From contig CAYYLQ010000011.1 in assembly GCA_964472655.1 (NCBI GenBank), positions 11,227 through 75,226 on the forward strand: a DNA stretch of 64,000 nucleotides. The letters are read 5' to 3'. The notes under the pieces are model-generated. The model was given only the letters and a program-made list of their open reading frames with translations, was not told the DNA's origin and did not search any database. Below, piece by piece: positions 18,703 through 29,441 of the stretch. Every line of letters starts with the position of its first letter. Within the stretch, counting starts at the first letter, position 1. The position numbers and the translations under genes were made by a program. The stretch is from an uncultured Nitrospirales bacterium (GTDB lineage Bacteria; Nitrospirota; Nitrospiria; Nitrospirales; NS-4).

Positions 18703-19884
18703 TTACGCGCGGCTGAGGCGCGGACGCCAGAACAATGTCATGGCCGGCACGATCAGGACGCAGACTGCCGCAAAAACGGCGAAGCCGGTCGCATAGGTGC
18801 CAGTGAGGTCTTTGAACAATCCCAACGCCGAAGGTAAAAAGAAGCCCCCGATTCCGCCCGCCGCCCCGACCAGACCCGACACCGCTCCGATCTCCCGCCG
18901 AAACCGCTGGGGCACGACCTGGAAAATCACGCCGTTTCCCATGCCGAGGCCGGCCATTGCCAGAAAGACTGCGATCAGCGCAATCGGAAAAGGCAGCAAC
19001 AGCGACGTCACCCCAACCAATAGGGCGATCAGAGGATAGAGAAATGAAAGCACGCGCGGGCCGCCCAGATGGTCGGCGACAAACCCGCCCACTGGACGGG
19101 AGAAGCTCCCTGCCAAGGCACACGCCGCCGCCATCATTCCGGCCTCGATGCGCGACAGCCCGTACTGGTCGAAGAAAAAGATACTGAGATAACTGCTGAG
19201 GCCCACGAAACCGCCGAACGTGATGGAGTACAGAAGACAAAACCAATACGTGTCGGGCTCACGCAGGAGCCGGCTGTAATCCATGCGGTGATCAGCGGTG
19301 CTATCCTGGGGCCCATGATCCCTCGCCAGCATCCAATACGCCGCGGCTGTTGCAAGCACGAAAGGAATCATGGCGCCGAACACCGCATGCCAACCCAGAT
19401 TCACGGCCAGGAGCGGCGCCAGCGCAATGCTGAAGATCGCCCCGCTGTTGCCCGAGCCGGCCACCCCCATCGCCAGTCCCTGATGCGCCAAAGGGTAAGC
19501 CCGGCTGGCCAATGGAAGCGACACGGCGAAGCTGGCGCCCGCAACTCCCAAAAGCAGGCCGACCGCGATCATCTGGGAGAAAGTCCCTGCGGCCAGCCAG
19601 GCCCATGCGAGCGGGATCGACGCCACGAGCATGCTGATGAAACCGATCCGACGAGGCCCCAACCGATCCGAGAGGAGTCCGACCCCGACCCGGAAGAACG
19701 ACCCGCCCAACAGAGGAATCGCCACCATGAACCCCTTTTGCGTGGCGGTCAGGCCGAAGTCTTCGGCAATGAAGACGCCCAGCGCGCCGACGAGCACCCA
19801 TGCCATGAAGCTGACTTCGAAGTGGAGCCAGGCCGCCAGAAGCGAAGGCCAGTGGCCGCTGCGCAACGCGTTCAGGATTGGCAC
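18703..19884 (-). CDS. narK: MFS nitrate/nitrite porter (NNP family, NarK-type)
   Basis: 12-TM-like MFS protein. It carries NNP signature-like motifs GVAGSGNSGA and GLVGAAGGIGGFFLP. GTG start at 19884 with no obvious SD. Confidence 0.8.
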   Translation of the reverse strand: MPILNALRSGHWPSLLAAWLHFEVSFMAWVLVGALGVFIAEDFGLTATQKGFMVAIPLLGGSFFRVGVGLLSDRLGPRRIGFISMLVASIPLAWAWLAAGTFSQMIAVGLLLGVAGASFAVSLPLASRAYPLAHQGLAMGVAGSGNSGAIFSIALAPLLAVNLGWHAVFGAMIPFVLATAAAYWMLARDHGPQDSTADHRMDYSRLLREPDTYWFCLLYSITFGGFVGLSSYLSIFFFDQYGLSRIEAGMMAAACALAGSFSRPVGGFVADHLGGPRVLSFLYPLIALLVGVTSLLLPFPIALIAVFLAMAGLGMGNGVIFQVVPQRFRREIGAVSGLVGAAGGIGGFFLPSALGLFKDLTGTYATGFAVFAAVCVLIVPAMTLFWRPRLSRA

Positions 19885-19931
19885 GGAGGGGTTATACCGT
19901 ACACTGCACGTATCCGCAAGGCACGAGTTCT

Positions 19932-19961
19932 TTGGTACCAGTCCGGGTATTCCTATATAAT
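19932..19961 (+). promoter_or_regulatory. Candidate sigma-70 promoter of rpoH
   Basis: TTGGTA (19932-19937), 18 nt, TATAAT (19956-19961). The ATG at 19977 is only 15 nt after the -10 box. Sequence match only. Confidence 0.3.
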
Positions 19962-19976
19962 AGGTAGCTAACCTGG

Positions 19977-20981
19977 ATGGCGCGAGCGATGAGTGACCGG
20001 TCGAAAGAGACGCCCGGGGTTTCAGAACCCGAGGTCCTTGAGGACGTGGACGCCGATGAGGCGGTCGTGGAGGAGGTGGATGAGTCCGCCTTCGCGATCC
20101 CGGAGCCCGCGGTTGAGCACTCAGACACCGCGCTGGTTCCGTACGACCCGCTGCAGCGGTATCTGGCCGAGGTCCGCCGATATCCGTTCCTCACCAAGGA
20201 AGAAGAGCTGCGCCTGTTTCACGACTTTCAGACCACCGGCAATCGCGAATCGGCGGTCAAGCTGATCTTGTCCAATTTGCGCGTTGCCGTCGCCATCGCG
20301 GCCGAATACCTGCATTCGGGCGCCGACTACCTGGATTTGATCCAGGAAGGCAATGTCGGTCTCATGCAGGCCATCCGGAAATTCGATCCCGCAAAAGGCT
20401 CCCGTTTTTACTCGTACGCCGCCTGGTGGGTACGTGCCTACATCCTTCGGTACTTGCTCAACACGTACAGGATGGTCAAGATCGGAACGACCCAGGATCA
20501 GCGCAAGCTCTTTTATAACCTCAACAAGGAAAAACGCAAACTGGAGCGCGAAGGGTTCGCCCCGGATACAAAACTGCTCGCAGACCGGCTGAACGTTCGC
20601 GAGCGCGACGTGATCGAGATGGGTCAACGTCTCGGCAGCTGGGATCTCTCCCTCGACGCGCCGCTGGGGCCCGACCAGGATGGGACCCTGATGGACGTCC
20701 TGCCCTCGCAGGCGACGCCGGCTGACGAAAGCCTGGCACATGCCGAATTGCGCGAGCTGTTTCGGAGGAAGCTGGCGGAATTTGCGGCCACCCTTGATGA
20801 CCGGTACGCCGACATCCTCCGCAACCGTATCCTGTCGGAAACGCCCCTCACGCTGGATGACATCGGCAAGAAGTACGACATCTCTCGCGAGCGCGCCCGC
20901 CAACTGGAGGAGAAAATCATCAAGCGGTTGCGGGACTTCATGAAGAAAGAGGTCAAGGATTTCGAATTGTTGAAACCGTAG
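19977..20981 (+). CDS. rpoH: RNA polymerase sigma-32 (heat-shock sigma factor)
   Basis: Sigma-70 regions 2-4 are present (DLIQEGNVGLMQAIRKFD). RpoH-box-like TTQDQRKLFYNLNKEKRKL. Acidic N-terminal extension. ATG 19989 is an alternative start. Confidence 0.85.
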   Translation: MARAMSDRSKETPGVSEPEVLEDVDADEAVVEEVDESAFAIPEPAVEHSDTALVPYDPLQRYLAEVRRYPFLTKEEELRLFHDFQTTGNRESAVKLILSNLRVAVAIAAEYLHSGADYLDLIQEGNVGLMQAIRKFDPAKGSRFYSYAAWWVRAYILRYLLNTYRMVKIGTTQDQRKLFYNLNKEKRKLEREGFAPDTKLLADRLNVRERDVIEMGQRLGSWDLSLDAPLGPDQDGTLMDVLPSQATPADESLAHAELRELFRRKLAEFAATLDDRYADILRNRILSETPLTLDDIGKKYDISRERARQLEEKIIKRLRDFMKKEVKDFELLKP

Positions 20982-21034
20982 CGAACGACGGGAAACTCGT
21001 CAGGCAGATGCACGCCGACCAAGGAGGGCCAAAC

Positions 21035-21220
21035 ATGAAACAGTTCGCCTTAGGACTCACCGTCGGGTTTTTGCTGGGCCTCGCGGGAGCCGGACTCGCC
21101 GCCGTAAAAGTTTCCGGAGACGATGACTATCTGAAGGGCTGGGAAGTCGTCGTCAAGGGGAAAAAGGCCTGCACCGATCCTTTCGTCCGGGTGACCTCCA
21201 AAGAGATTGAATGCATTTAG
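21035..21220 (+). CDS. Small exported hypothetical protein (61 aa)
   Basis: ATG 21035 is preceded by AAGGAGGG. Signal-like MKQFALGLTVGFLLGLAGAGLAA. The mature part has two Cys. No family recognised. Confidence 0.4.
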   Translation: MKQFALGLTVGFLLGLAGAGLAAVKVSGDDDYLKGWEVVVKGKKACTDPFVRVTSKEIECI

Positions 21221-21316
21221 CCGGCAGCCCAACCGACAAGTTCTTCGCATCGTAGTTTACGGGGAAGGGTAATCAGCGCCGCTTTTGGCGTTTGCGGCTT
21301 CACAACGACCTTGCCG

Positions 21317-21667
<351 letters not shown>

Positions 21668-21710
21668 CTAGAACTCCTTGTACGGCAGCCACTTGCCGTT
21701 CATGGTGATT

Positions 21711-21751
21711 CAGAAGCAAAAGGGCGCCAGTCTGAAAAGACTGGCGCCCTT
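21711..21751 (-). terminator. Intrinsic terminator between glnK and the downstream P-II gene
   Basis: Minus-strand RNA: a perfect 14-bp stem aagggcgccagucu / agacuggcgcccuu with a UUUC loop, followed by UUGCUUCUG. Confidence 0.8.
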
Positions 21752-21791
21752 GCCAGAAATTCTGACCGTCAGCAGGATCGGCGATGATCCT
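21741..21791 (-). promoter_or_regulatory. ANTAR-substrate-like dual hexaloop element (antiterminator) upstream of the P-II gene
   Basis: Minus-strand RNA: P1 aggauc[AUCGCC]gauccu (21791-21774), a 17-nt linker, then P2 cuggc[AAGGGC]gccag (21756-21741). Both loops have A1 and G4. P2 shares residues with the terminator stem. Confidence 0.5.
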
Positions 21792-21844
21792 CCCTCCCGA
21801 AAACGCCACGATGCGCGCTGCGGAAAGGTTCCTGTGCTTTTTCC

Positions 21845-22201
<357 letters not shown>

Positions 22202-22245
22202 TCATCAGTGGGGCCGTTGTCCAAGTGTCACGTATGCCGGCGGAC

Positions 22246-23661
22246 TTAGCCTTTTGAGTAAGCCCGCTCTTCGTGTTGGCTCAGGTCCAACCCCATCTGT
22301 TCCTCTTCGTCGCTCACGCGCAGTCCCATCGTCCAATCGACGATCTTGAGGATGACGAGCGTTCCGAAGAATGCCAAGGCCCACGAAGCCAATACTGCTA
22401 CGAGCTGAATCCAGACTTGGCCGGGGTTCCCGAAGAAAAACCCATCCGCACCGCCCGAATTGATCAGCTTTGACGCAAACAGGCCGGTCGCCAGTGCGCC
22501 CCATGTGCCGCCGATCCCATGCACACCGAAGGCATCCAAGGAATCATCGTAGCCTAAGCGGGTCTTCACCACGCATGCCGTGTAGCAGAATATGCCAGCC
22601 CCCGCTCCGATGATGATGGAGGAGAGCGGTCCCACAAACCCGGACGCGGGCGTAATCGCCACCAAACCGGCCACGGCTCCACTGGCTGCTCCTAGGACGG
22701 TGGGCTTCCCACGATAGATCCACTCAGCCACCATCCAGGCCAGCGCAGCGGCTGCCGTGGCCGTGTTGGTCACCACAAACGCGCTGGTCGCAAGGGCCCC
22801 CGCCGCCACCGCACTGCCGGCGTTGAATCCGAACCAGCCGAACCAGAGCATGGAGGCGCCTAGCACTGTCATCGGAAGATTGTGCGGGGCCATGTTCTCT
22901 TTTCCGTATCCTCGCCTCTTCCCGAGGACAAAGGCGCAGGCCAAGGCCGAGACACCCGAGCTGATATGCACCACGGTCCCGCCGGCGAAGTCCAGCGCCC
23001 CCTTCCCACCATTCGTACCGAGCCAGCCCCCTTTGGCCCACACCCAGTGCGCGAGGGGATCGTAAATGAAGGTGGCCCAGAGGAGCGCAAAGACCAGGAA
23101 ACTGCTGAATTTCATCCGTTCGGCGAAGGCGCCGGTGATAAGCGCCACCGTGATCACCGCAAACATGGCCTGGAAGATCATATAGGCCTGGTGCGGAATT
23201 GTCGCCGCATAGTCTGGATTGGGCTTATCCATGGCGACGTCGTTCAAACCAAACCATTCCAGACCTCCGATGAGGCCCCCTCCATGGTCCGGCCCAAAGG
23301 CGAGGCTGTAGCCCCACAGCACCCATTGGACGCTGATGAGACAGAGGATAATGAAGCTCTGCATGATGGTCCCCAATGCATTCTTTTCCCGAACCATTCC
23401 TCCGTAAAACAAGGCCAAGCCGGGAGCGGTCATTGCCAGGACCAGTGCGGTGGAAGTCAGCACCCACGCCGTATCCCCCGTATCGATCTTAGGCGGCGGA
23501 GCCGGAGTTGCAGCCGGCGGAGCGGCCGCGGACGCAGGCGGCGATTCAGCCCCAGTCTGGGCCAGTGCGAGGCTGCCCATGGCGGCAGGCATCGCGAGCA
23601 TGATCATGCTCAGCGTCACGAGCACATACGGAATCAGCTTGAAACGTTGGAAGACCTTCAT
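22246..23661 (-). CDS. amt: Ammonium transporter (Amt family)
   Basis: Start re-assigned to ATG 23661 (MKVFQRF..), preceded by GAGGAGGAG. Signal peptide present. Amt blocks DFAGGTVVHISSG and FGVHGIGGTWGA. Confidence 0.95.
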   Translation of the reverse strand: MKVFQRFKLIPYVLVTLSMIMLAMPAAMGSLALAQTGAESPPASAAAPPAATPAPPPKIDTGDTAWVLTSTALVLAMTAPGLALFYGGMVREKNALGTIMQSFIILCLISVQWVLWGYSLAFGPDHGGGLIGGLEWFGLNDVAMDKPNPDYAATIPHQAYMIFQAMFAVITVALITGAFAERMKFSSFLVFALLWATFIYDPLAHWVWAKGGWLGTNGGKGALDFAGGTVVHISSGVSALACAFVLGKRRGYGKENMAPHNLPMTVLGASMLWFGWFGFNAGSAVAAGALATSAFVVTNTATAAAALAWMVAEWIYRGKPTVLGAASGAVAGLVAITPASGFVGPLSSIIIGAGAGIFCYTACVVKTRLGYDDSLDAFGVHGIGGTWGALATGLFASKLINSGGADGFFFGNPGQVWIQLVAVLASWALAFFGTLVILKIVDWTMGLRVSDEEEQMGLDLSQHEERAYSKG

Positions 23662-23684
23662 CTTCTCCTCCTCGCGTTCGGTCG

Positions 23685-23724
23685 AATAAAAAAAGGGCAC
23701 CAATCCCTACAGACTGGCGCCCTT
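23685..23724 (-). terminator. Intrinsic terminator in the glnA-amt spacer
   Basis: Minus-strand RNA: a 10-bp stem aagggcgcca / uggugcccuu (one G-U) with a 12-nt loop, followed by UUUUUUUAUU. It ends about 20 nt before the amt SD and start. Confidence 0.75.
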
Positions 23725-23799
23725 GCCAGGAATCCTTCGAACCAGGGTCTGCTTCGACCCCGTCAGCCTCCGGAAACACCGCATTGTGTTTCCGGAAGG
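23714..23799 (-). promoter_or_regulatory. ANTAR-substrate-like hexaloop hairpins (antiterminator) upstream of amt
   Basis: Minus-strand RNA: a 13-bp hairpin ccuuccggaaacac[AAUGCG]guguuuccggagg (23799-23767), then gggguc[GAAGCA]gacccu (23761-23744), then cuggc[AAGGGC]gccag (23729-23714). The last overlaps the 5' arm of the terminator. Confidence 0.5.
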
Positions 23800-23843
23800 C
23801 TCCGTGACTATGTCGTTACCGCTCGCTTCTATCCATTCCCCGC

Positions 23844-25271
23844 TTACACATCGTAATAGAGGAAGAACTCGTAGGGATGCGGCCGAATCCGCACAGTATC
23901 AACTTCTTTGTCCCGCTTGTAGTTCAACCAAGTCTCGATCACGTCTTTCGTGAAGACGTTCCCTTTCAAGAGGAAGGCATGATCTTTTTCCAGATTGCGG
24001 AGCGATTCATCCAAACTGCCCGGCATCTTCTTGATCTTCGCCGCTTCATCCGGTTCAAGATCATACATGTCTTTGTCTTCCGGGCGACCGGGATCGATCT
24101 TGTTCTCGATTCCATCGAGGCCGGCCATCAACATGGCGGCGAAGGCATAGTAGGGATTGGTGGCAGGGTCCGGGAAGCGGACCTCGATGCGTTTGGCCTT
24201 CGGATTCGGGGTATACATCGGAATGCGAATACCCGCGCTGCGATTGCGGCTGGAATACGCGAGGTTCACCGGCGCCTCAAAGCCCGGCGTGAGCCGCTTG
24301 TAGGAATTCGTCGTCGGATTGGTGATCGCAGCCAGGGCGGGCGCATGCTTCAGGATGCCGCCGATATACCAGAGACACAGCTGCGAGGTCCCGGCGTATT
24401 CTTTGCCGGCGAACAACGGCTTCCCCTCCTTCCAGATGCTCTGATGGGTATGCATGCCGGAGCCGTTATCGCCGAAAAGCGGCTTCGGCATGAAGGTTAC
24501 GGTCTTCCCATGGCGCCGGGCAACATTCTTGACGATGTATTTGTACATCATCATCTTATCGGCCATGTTCACGAGCGAGTCATATCGCAGATCGATTTCA
24601 GCCTGGCCGGCCGTCGCGACCTCGTGGTGCTGCTTTTCGACCATGATGCCGATCTTTTGCATCTCGAGGCACATCTCGCTTCGGATGTCCATCTGCGTGT
24701 CCACAGGCGCGACCGGGTAATATCCTTCCTTGTGCCGGGGTTTGTTGCCCAGATTAGGCCCCGTCTGATCCAAGTTGATTTCCCGGCCGGAGTTCCAGAT
24801 CCCTTCCTCCGAATCGATAAAGTAGTAACCGCTATTGCTCGTCTGATCGAAGCGCGCGGAATCGAAAATGAAGAATTCGGCTTCCGGCCCCCAGTAAGAA
24901 ACATCGCCGACTTTGGTGGACTTCAGATATTGTTCGGCTTTCTGGGCCACATATCGAGGATCACGGCTGTATGTTTCGCGGGTAATGGGGTCGACGACAT
25001 TGCAGATCATACTCAGCGTGGGGACCGTGGTGAAGGGATCAAGGACTGCCGTCGAGGGATCCGGTACGGCCATCATGTCACTGTTGTTGATCGCCTGCCA
25101 ACCGCGGATCGAAGAACCGTCCAGACCGGACCCTTCGGTAAAGACCGTGTCCGTCAATTCTTCAATCGGAAATGTGAAGTGCTGCCAGGTACCGGGCAAA
25201 TCGACGAATTTGAAGTCCACCATTACGACTTTGTTTTTCTTTGCAAATTCAAGCACTTCTTTCGCCGTCAT
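23844..25271 (-). CDS. glnA: Glutamine synthetase type I
   Basis: 475 aa. [27 protein letters not shown].., GSGMHTHQS, and an adenylylation-loop-like [19 protein letters not shown]. Confidence 0.95.
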   Translation of the reverse strand: MTAKEVLEFAKKNKVVMVDFKFVDLPGTWQHFTFPIEELTDTVFTEGSGLDGSSIRGWQAINNSDMMAVPDPSTAVLDPFTTVPTLSMICNVVDPITRETYSRDPRYVAQKAEQYLKSTKVGDVSYWGPEAEFFIFDSARFDQTSNSGYYFIDSEEGIWNSGREINLDQTGPNLGNKPRHKEGYYPVAPVDTQMDIRSEMCLEMQKIGIMVEKQHHEVATAGQAEIDLRYDSLVNMADKMMMYKYIVKNVARRHGKTVTFMPKPLFGDNGSGMHTHQSIWKEGKPLFAGKEYAGTSQLCLWYIGGILKHAPALAAITNPTTNSYKRLTPGFEAPVNLAYSSRNRSAGIRIPMYTPNPKAKRIEVRFPDPATNPYYAFAAMLMAGLDGIENKIDPGRPEDKDMYDLEPDEAAKIKKMPGSLDESLRNLEKDHAFLLKGNVFTKDVIETWLNYKRDKEVDTVRIRPHPYEFFLYYDV

Positions 25272-25300
25272 AATCCCCTCCTTTAGGATTTAAGCCTGTA

Positions 25301-28002
25301 TCATTTCTGCTGGGCACTGGCCCGGCGCACTATCTGGCGCGTCGACTGCGCCTCCCCGAGAAATCCCTCAATCCTGGTCGTTATTTCTTCGCAGATCAGC
25401 TTGCACCGGCCGAGATCGGCGATCTTGACGCCGGTCCGGTCCGTGACATAGAAGACGTCGACGACCTGGTCTAGCTTGGTCGAAATCCTGGCCGCATGGA
25501 CAGACAGGCCAAGGTCGAAAATCGCATGCGTGATGACGTAGAGCAGGCCTTGCCGGTCATCGGCGAACACGTCGATAATCGTGTACCGGTCAGAGGTGTC
25601 GTTGTCCACCTGGACCACCGTCGGTTCGCGAAGGGGGACTCCCTGGCGCGCCCGGCCGAAACGGGTGGCCTCCTGCAAAAGATCTTCCACCGAGTAGCGC
25701 CTTTCCAGCACGCCAACGATGGCGCCGCTGATCTCTCTGAAGCGGCGGTCGCGGATGTCTTCGAGGCAATCCGGATCCGCCACGCGGAAGACGTCCACGA
25801 CCACCCCGTCAGTCAGGGTCACGATCTGGGCGTCCAGAATCTGCACCCCCTTGGCCGCCAGGACACCGGCGATTTTTGAAAAAATACCAGGCGTCAGACT
25901 ATCGTTGGTGTATACCGTGTACTCGGTCGCACCCAGCGTTTGATCGTATTGCGCGTCCACCAGTGCGGGCGCATTGGCAAGCTTGGCAAGCCACTCCAGA
26001 TGCGTAACGAGCCGTTCGACCGGCATGGCCGAGAGATAATGGTCCGGCCACGCGTTCAATTGCCGGGTGAGCCAGGCTGCGGGATAGCGCGGTTCCAGCC
26101 GGGCCAGCGCGGCCTGGCGGATCGTTTGGGCGCGCGCGCTGCCCTCGTATGCCGTTTCGGTTTCATCCCCTCCCGCGAGTTCCGCATGCGTCTTTAAAAA
26201 GAGATCGCCCAGCAGCGTGTCCTTCCAGGGCGTCATAACTCCCGGCCCGACTGCCGAGATATCGGCCGCAGTCAGGACGAACAGCATCTTCAGCGCTTCC
26301 GGTGTACCGACCTGACGGGCAAACCTCAGCACGACTTTCTCGTCTGAGGAATCACGGCGGAATGCGGTGTTGGCCATCAGCAGATGCTGACGGACGAGAA
26401 ACACCAGAAGTTGGGTTTCGTGTTCACTCAGGCCCAGGAGGTTGGCCACGTCCAGGGCGATCCGCTCTCCGATCAGACTGTGATCCTCCTCCTGCCCCTT
26501 GCCGACATCGTGAAGCAGCACGGCCAGGTGCAGGAGGTCTTTACGTCTGATTTCACGATAGACCTTGCCCACCAGACCCTTTCCAGAGCCAAGTTCCTCC
26601 GCCTGGCTGACGGCCAAAAGGCTGTGCTGGTCGACTGTGTACTTGTGGTAGGCATTGAACTGCATGAGGCCTCGGACCGTCCCGAACGCTGGGACGATCC
26701 TTTCCAACAGGCAGGCGCGATGCATTGCAGCCAGGGTCTCCGCGACGCGTCCAGGCCCGGACAGAATGGCAAGGAACCATCGCCTTGCTGTGTCGTTTCG
26801 AAATGCCCCATCCGGCACGGCAGCGATGCGGTCGGGAAGTTCCTGGACAACGTCGTCGGCCACGTTCAAGCCGTGCATTTGGGCCAGGTGAAAGAGCCGC
26901 AGGATTCGTCCGCTATCAGACAGCGCGTCGGCCCGAAGCTCAGGCGGCACCGTGATGTCATTCCGCGTCAGTGCGAAGTAGCGCTCGATTCGCCGTGCCG
27001 GGAGCCATGCGGCAAGACGTTGCCAGGCCGTACGCTGCATCGCCTGCGACACGAACCGCGCGGTGAGATCGCAAATCCGAGTCGAATGACGGTAGTACTG
27101 CTGCATGAACTGCTCGACCGCCAGGAGATGCGGCAGGTCCTTGAACCCACGCAGGCCGGCGATACGGATCTGTTCATCAAACGTCAGAATATCCTGAGCG
27201 CGAAGCGCATAGAAGTGGAGGTCGTTCCGTACCCGCCAGAGAAACTCCTGAGCTTCCCAGAGAGCTGTGGCGTCCCCGGCACTCAGCAAACCGCCCGCCG
27301 TGAGCTCCTCGAACGACCACGTGCCGTACCGGGCCATGGCAGTCCATTTGAGCAGGTGCAGGTCTCTCAGCCCTCCTCTTCCCTTTTTAAGGTTCGGCTC
27401 AAGAAGAAAATTAGTCGAGCCGTACCGGCTATATTCCTGCTGCCGTTCCTCAAGCTTTCTGCCAACATACTCCCGCACGCCCTTCCCGGAGACCGCGACA
27501 CGATAGTCCCGCGTGAATTCAGTGCAGAGATCCCGGTCCCCCGCCAGCCAACGGGCCTCCATTAAAGCCGTGCGCACGGTGAGATCCGACCGTCCCATCT
27601 CCAGGCAATCCGCGATCGTTCGCAGGCTGTGCCCGACCTGAAACCCGAGATCCCAGAGTGTGTGCAGGATCGCCGTGGACAACGCGCCGGCTTTCTGCTT
27701 CTGGCGAGGGGCATAGAGAAACATGAGGTCAATATCCGAGTACGGCGACAGCTCACGCCGTCCGTAGCCACCGAGGGCCACGAGGGCGACGCCGGACTGA
27801 TCGGGCGTCCCGTTTGTTCCAAGGCTTGATCGGTAGAGATCCAGCAGGATCCCATCCGCCAGGTCGGTCAGCGCGGTCACGATCTCCACGCCGGTCGCAC
27901 CGCGCATGTGCGCCGCCGCAATCGCCTGCCGGCGGGCATCAAGGGTTTCCCTGGTCCATTGACGGCCGGTCGCCCGGCTGAGCACCGATTCCATCATAAG
28001 CA

Positions 28003-28003
<1 letters not shown>
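25301..28003 (-). CDS. glnD: [Protein-PII] uridylyltransferase / uridylyl-removing enzyme
   Basis: 900 aa. Nucleotidyltransferase N-domain (GGYGRRELSPYSDIDL), HD domain (LLHDVGKG) and two C-terminal ACT-like repeats. The start overlaps the glnB stop (TAATG). Confidence 0.9.
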
Positions 28004-28437
<434 letters not shown>

Positions 28438-28474
28438 TCATAGCCCAACCCTCTCTTCCACACAACCATGCTTC

Positions 28475-28492
28475 GGCAGGCCCCGTGCCAGA
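28475..28492 (-). promoter_or_regulatory. Candidate sigma-54 (-24/-12) promoter for glnB-glnD-glnA
   Basis: Minus strand reads CTGGCACGGGGCCTGCC, to compare with the consensus YTGGCACGrNNNTTGCW. GG and GC have the correct spacing. It lies about 135 nt upstream of ATG 28341. rpoN is present in the window. Confidence 0.45.
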
Positions 28493-28521
28493 GAAAACCA
28501 GGACACGCTCTCTGGCACGGG
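28482..28521. repeat. 13-bp inverted repeat embedding the -24 element
   Basis: cccgtgccagaga (28482-28494), a 14-nt spacer, then tctctggcacggg (28509-28521). Confidence 0.7.
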
Positions 28522-28562
28522 TTGCGCCTGTCTATCTTGGATATCGCGCTGTCATACCGTTC

Positions 28563-29441
28563 TCAGAGGTTGATGTCCAATTGAACAGTCCATTTCCACT
28601 GGCCGTTGATGACGTGGTCGTTGAACCAAACCGGACCTGTCAGGAGGCTGATGTCCTTCGTAAAGAAGTGGTACATGCCGAATCCGCCCCCCCCGATGTA
28701 GTTCTTCCCGCTGGCGTAGTCAGCTGCGAACATCCACTTGTTGTACTCGTTGCCCGCCTTGTCCTTGACCGGCCAGAAGCCGTAGTCGTAGCCGACCATT
28801 ACGCCGGCATTCTGATGGGCGTCACTTGAAGAAGTTCCGCCTTGACCGGGAGCGCATGCGAACCCGCTCATGGGCGAGGCCCCCGGCTTACAACCATTTT
28901 TATTCATCAAGACCGATCCGGGATTCCCGTAATAGCCGCCGCCATGGATCCTCCCGAACGGTCCGAGCGTCTTCCCTACCAGGAAGTCCACGATATCCAT
29001 GTTTGACACTTGGGATTTCGTTCCCACATTGAAAATGCCCAGGTTGAAGGCCGGGAACCAGCTCCCGAAAAACGCGCCCTCAGGGGTTCCTATTTTTGCA
29101 TTGAACAACCCGCTGTGTGCCATGGACCGGAGTGCCGGGTGGGCAAAAACGCCCGGCGCGAGATAGTCAATGCCCATTTCCATGTTGATCTTTTCAAAGG
29201 GTAAGACACCCACAGTCAAGCCAATATCGGTAGGTAAAGCCATCGCCTGTCCATGGTCTATATCCCCTTGTGTCTGCGACAACCGAAAATAGTTGTCCAC
29301 TCCGATGTGCCAGACGTTAAAGCCCTGGATGTCAGACGTGGCCGGCGTCCAATAAGTTGTGGAAGGCGTGGCAAAAACAGTCCCTGTCAGGACGAGGGAC
29401 AAAAGCAATACGGGAATTGCGATGCGTCCAAGTTGTTTCAT
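28563..29441 (-). CDS. Putative outer-membrane beta-barrel protein / porin candidate, function unknown
   Basis: Signal peptide MKQLGRIAIPVLLLSLVLTGTVFA. Gly/aromatic-rich with alternating-hydrophobicity segments. C-terminal strand WKWTVQLDINL. SD AAGGAGG. No family recognised with confidence. Confidence 0.55.
   Translation of the reverse strand: MKQLGRIAIPVLLLSLVLTGTVFATPSTTYWTPATSDIQGFNVWHIGVDNYFRLSQTQGDIDHGQAMALPTDIGLTVGVLPFEKINMEMGIDYLAPGVFAHPALRSMAHSGLFNAKIGTPEGAFFGSWFPAFNLGIFNVGTKSQVSNMDIVDFLVGKTLGPFGRIHGGGYYGNPGSVLMNKNGCKPGASPMSGFACAPGQGGTSSSDAHQNAGVMVGYDYGFWPVKDKAGNEYNKWMFAADYASGKNYIGGGGFGMYHFFTKDISLLTGPVWFNDHVINGQWKWTVQLDINL

Noticed and set aside
23730-23750. GGTTCGAAGGATTCC on the minus strand resembles a tRNA T-arm (GGTTCGAATCC).
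   Set aside because: It has an insertion relative to the T-loop consensus, and no acceptor, D or anticodon arms can be drawn around it. It lies in the linker of the amt leader.
23662-23843. The glnA-amt spacer might be a glutamine (glnA-motif) riboswitch.
   Set aside because: I could not find the conserved three-stem core or characteristic sequence blocks as I remember them. The dual-hexaloop plus terminator reading explains the structure better. A cmsearch would settle it.
23877-25286. A long plus-strand ORF (469 aa) antisense to glnA. ORF 22882-23856, antisense to amt, is a similar case.
   Set aside because: These mirror well-conserved genes on the other strand. Their composition is typical of spurious GC-rich frames.
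28509-28526. Plus-strand TGGCACGGGTTGCG as a sigma-54 promoter.
   Set aside because: The GG-to-GC spacing is 2 nt too short, and there is no plus-strand gene downstream. The minus-strand copy has the correct spacing.
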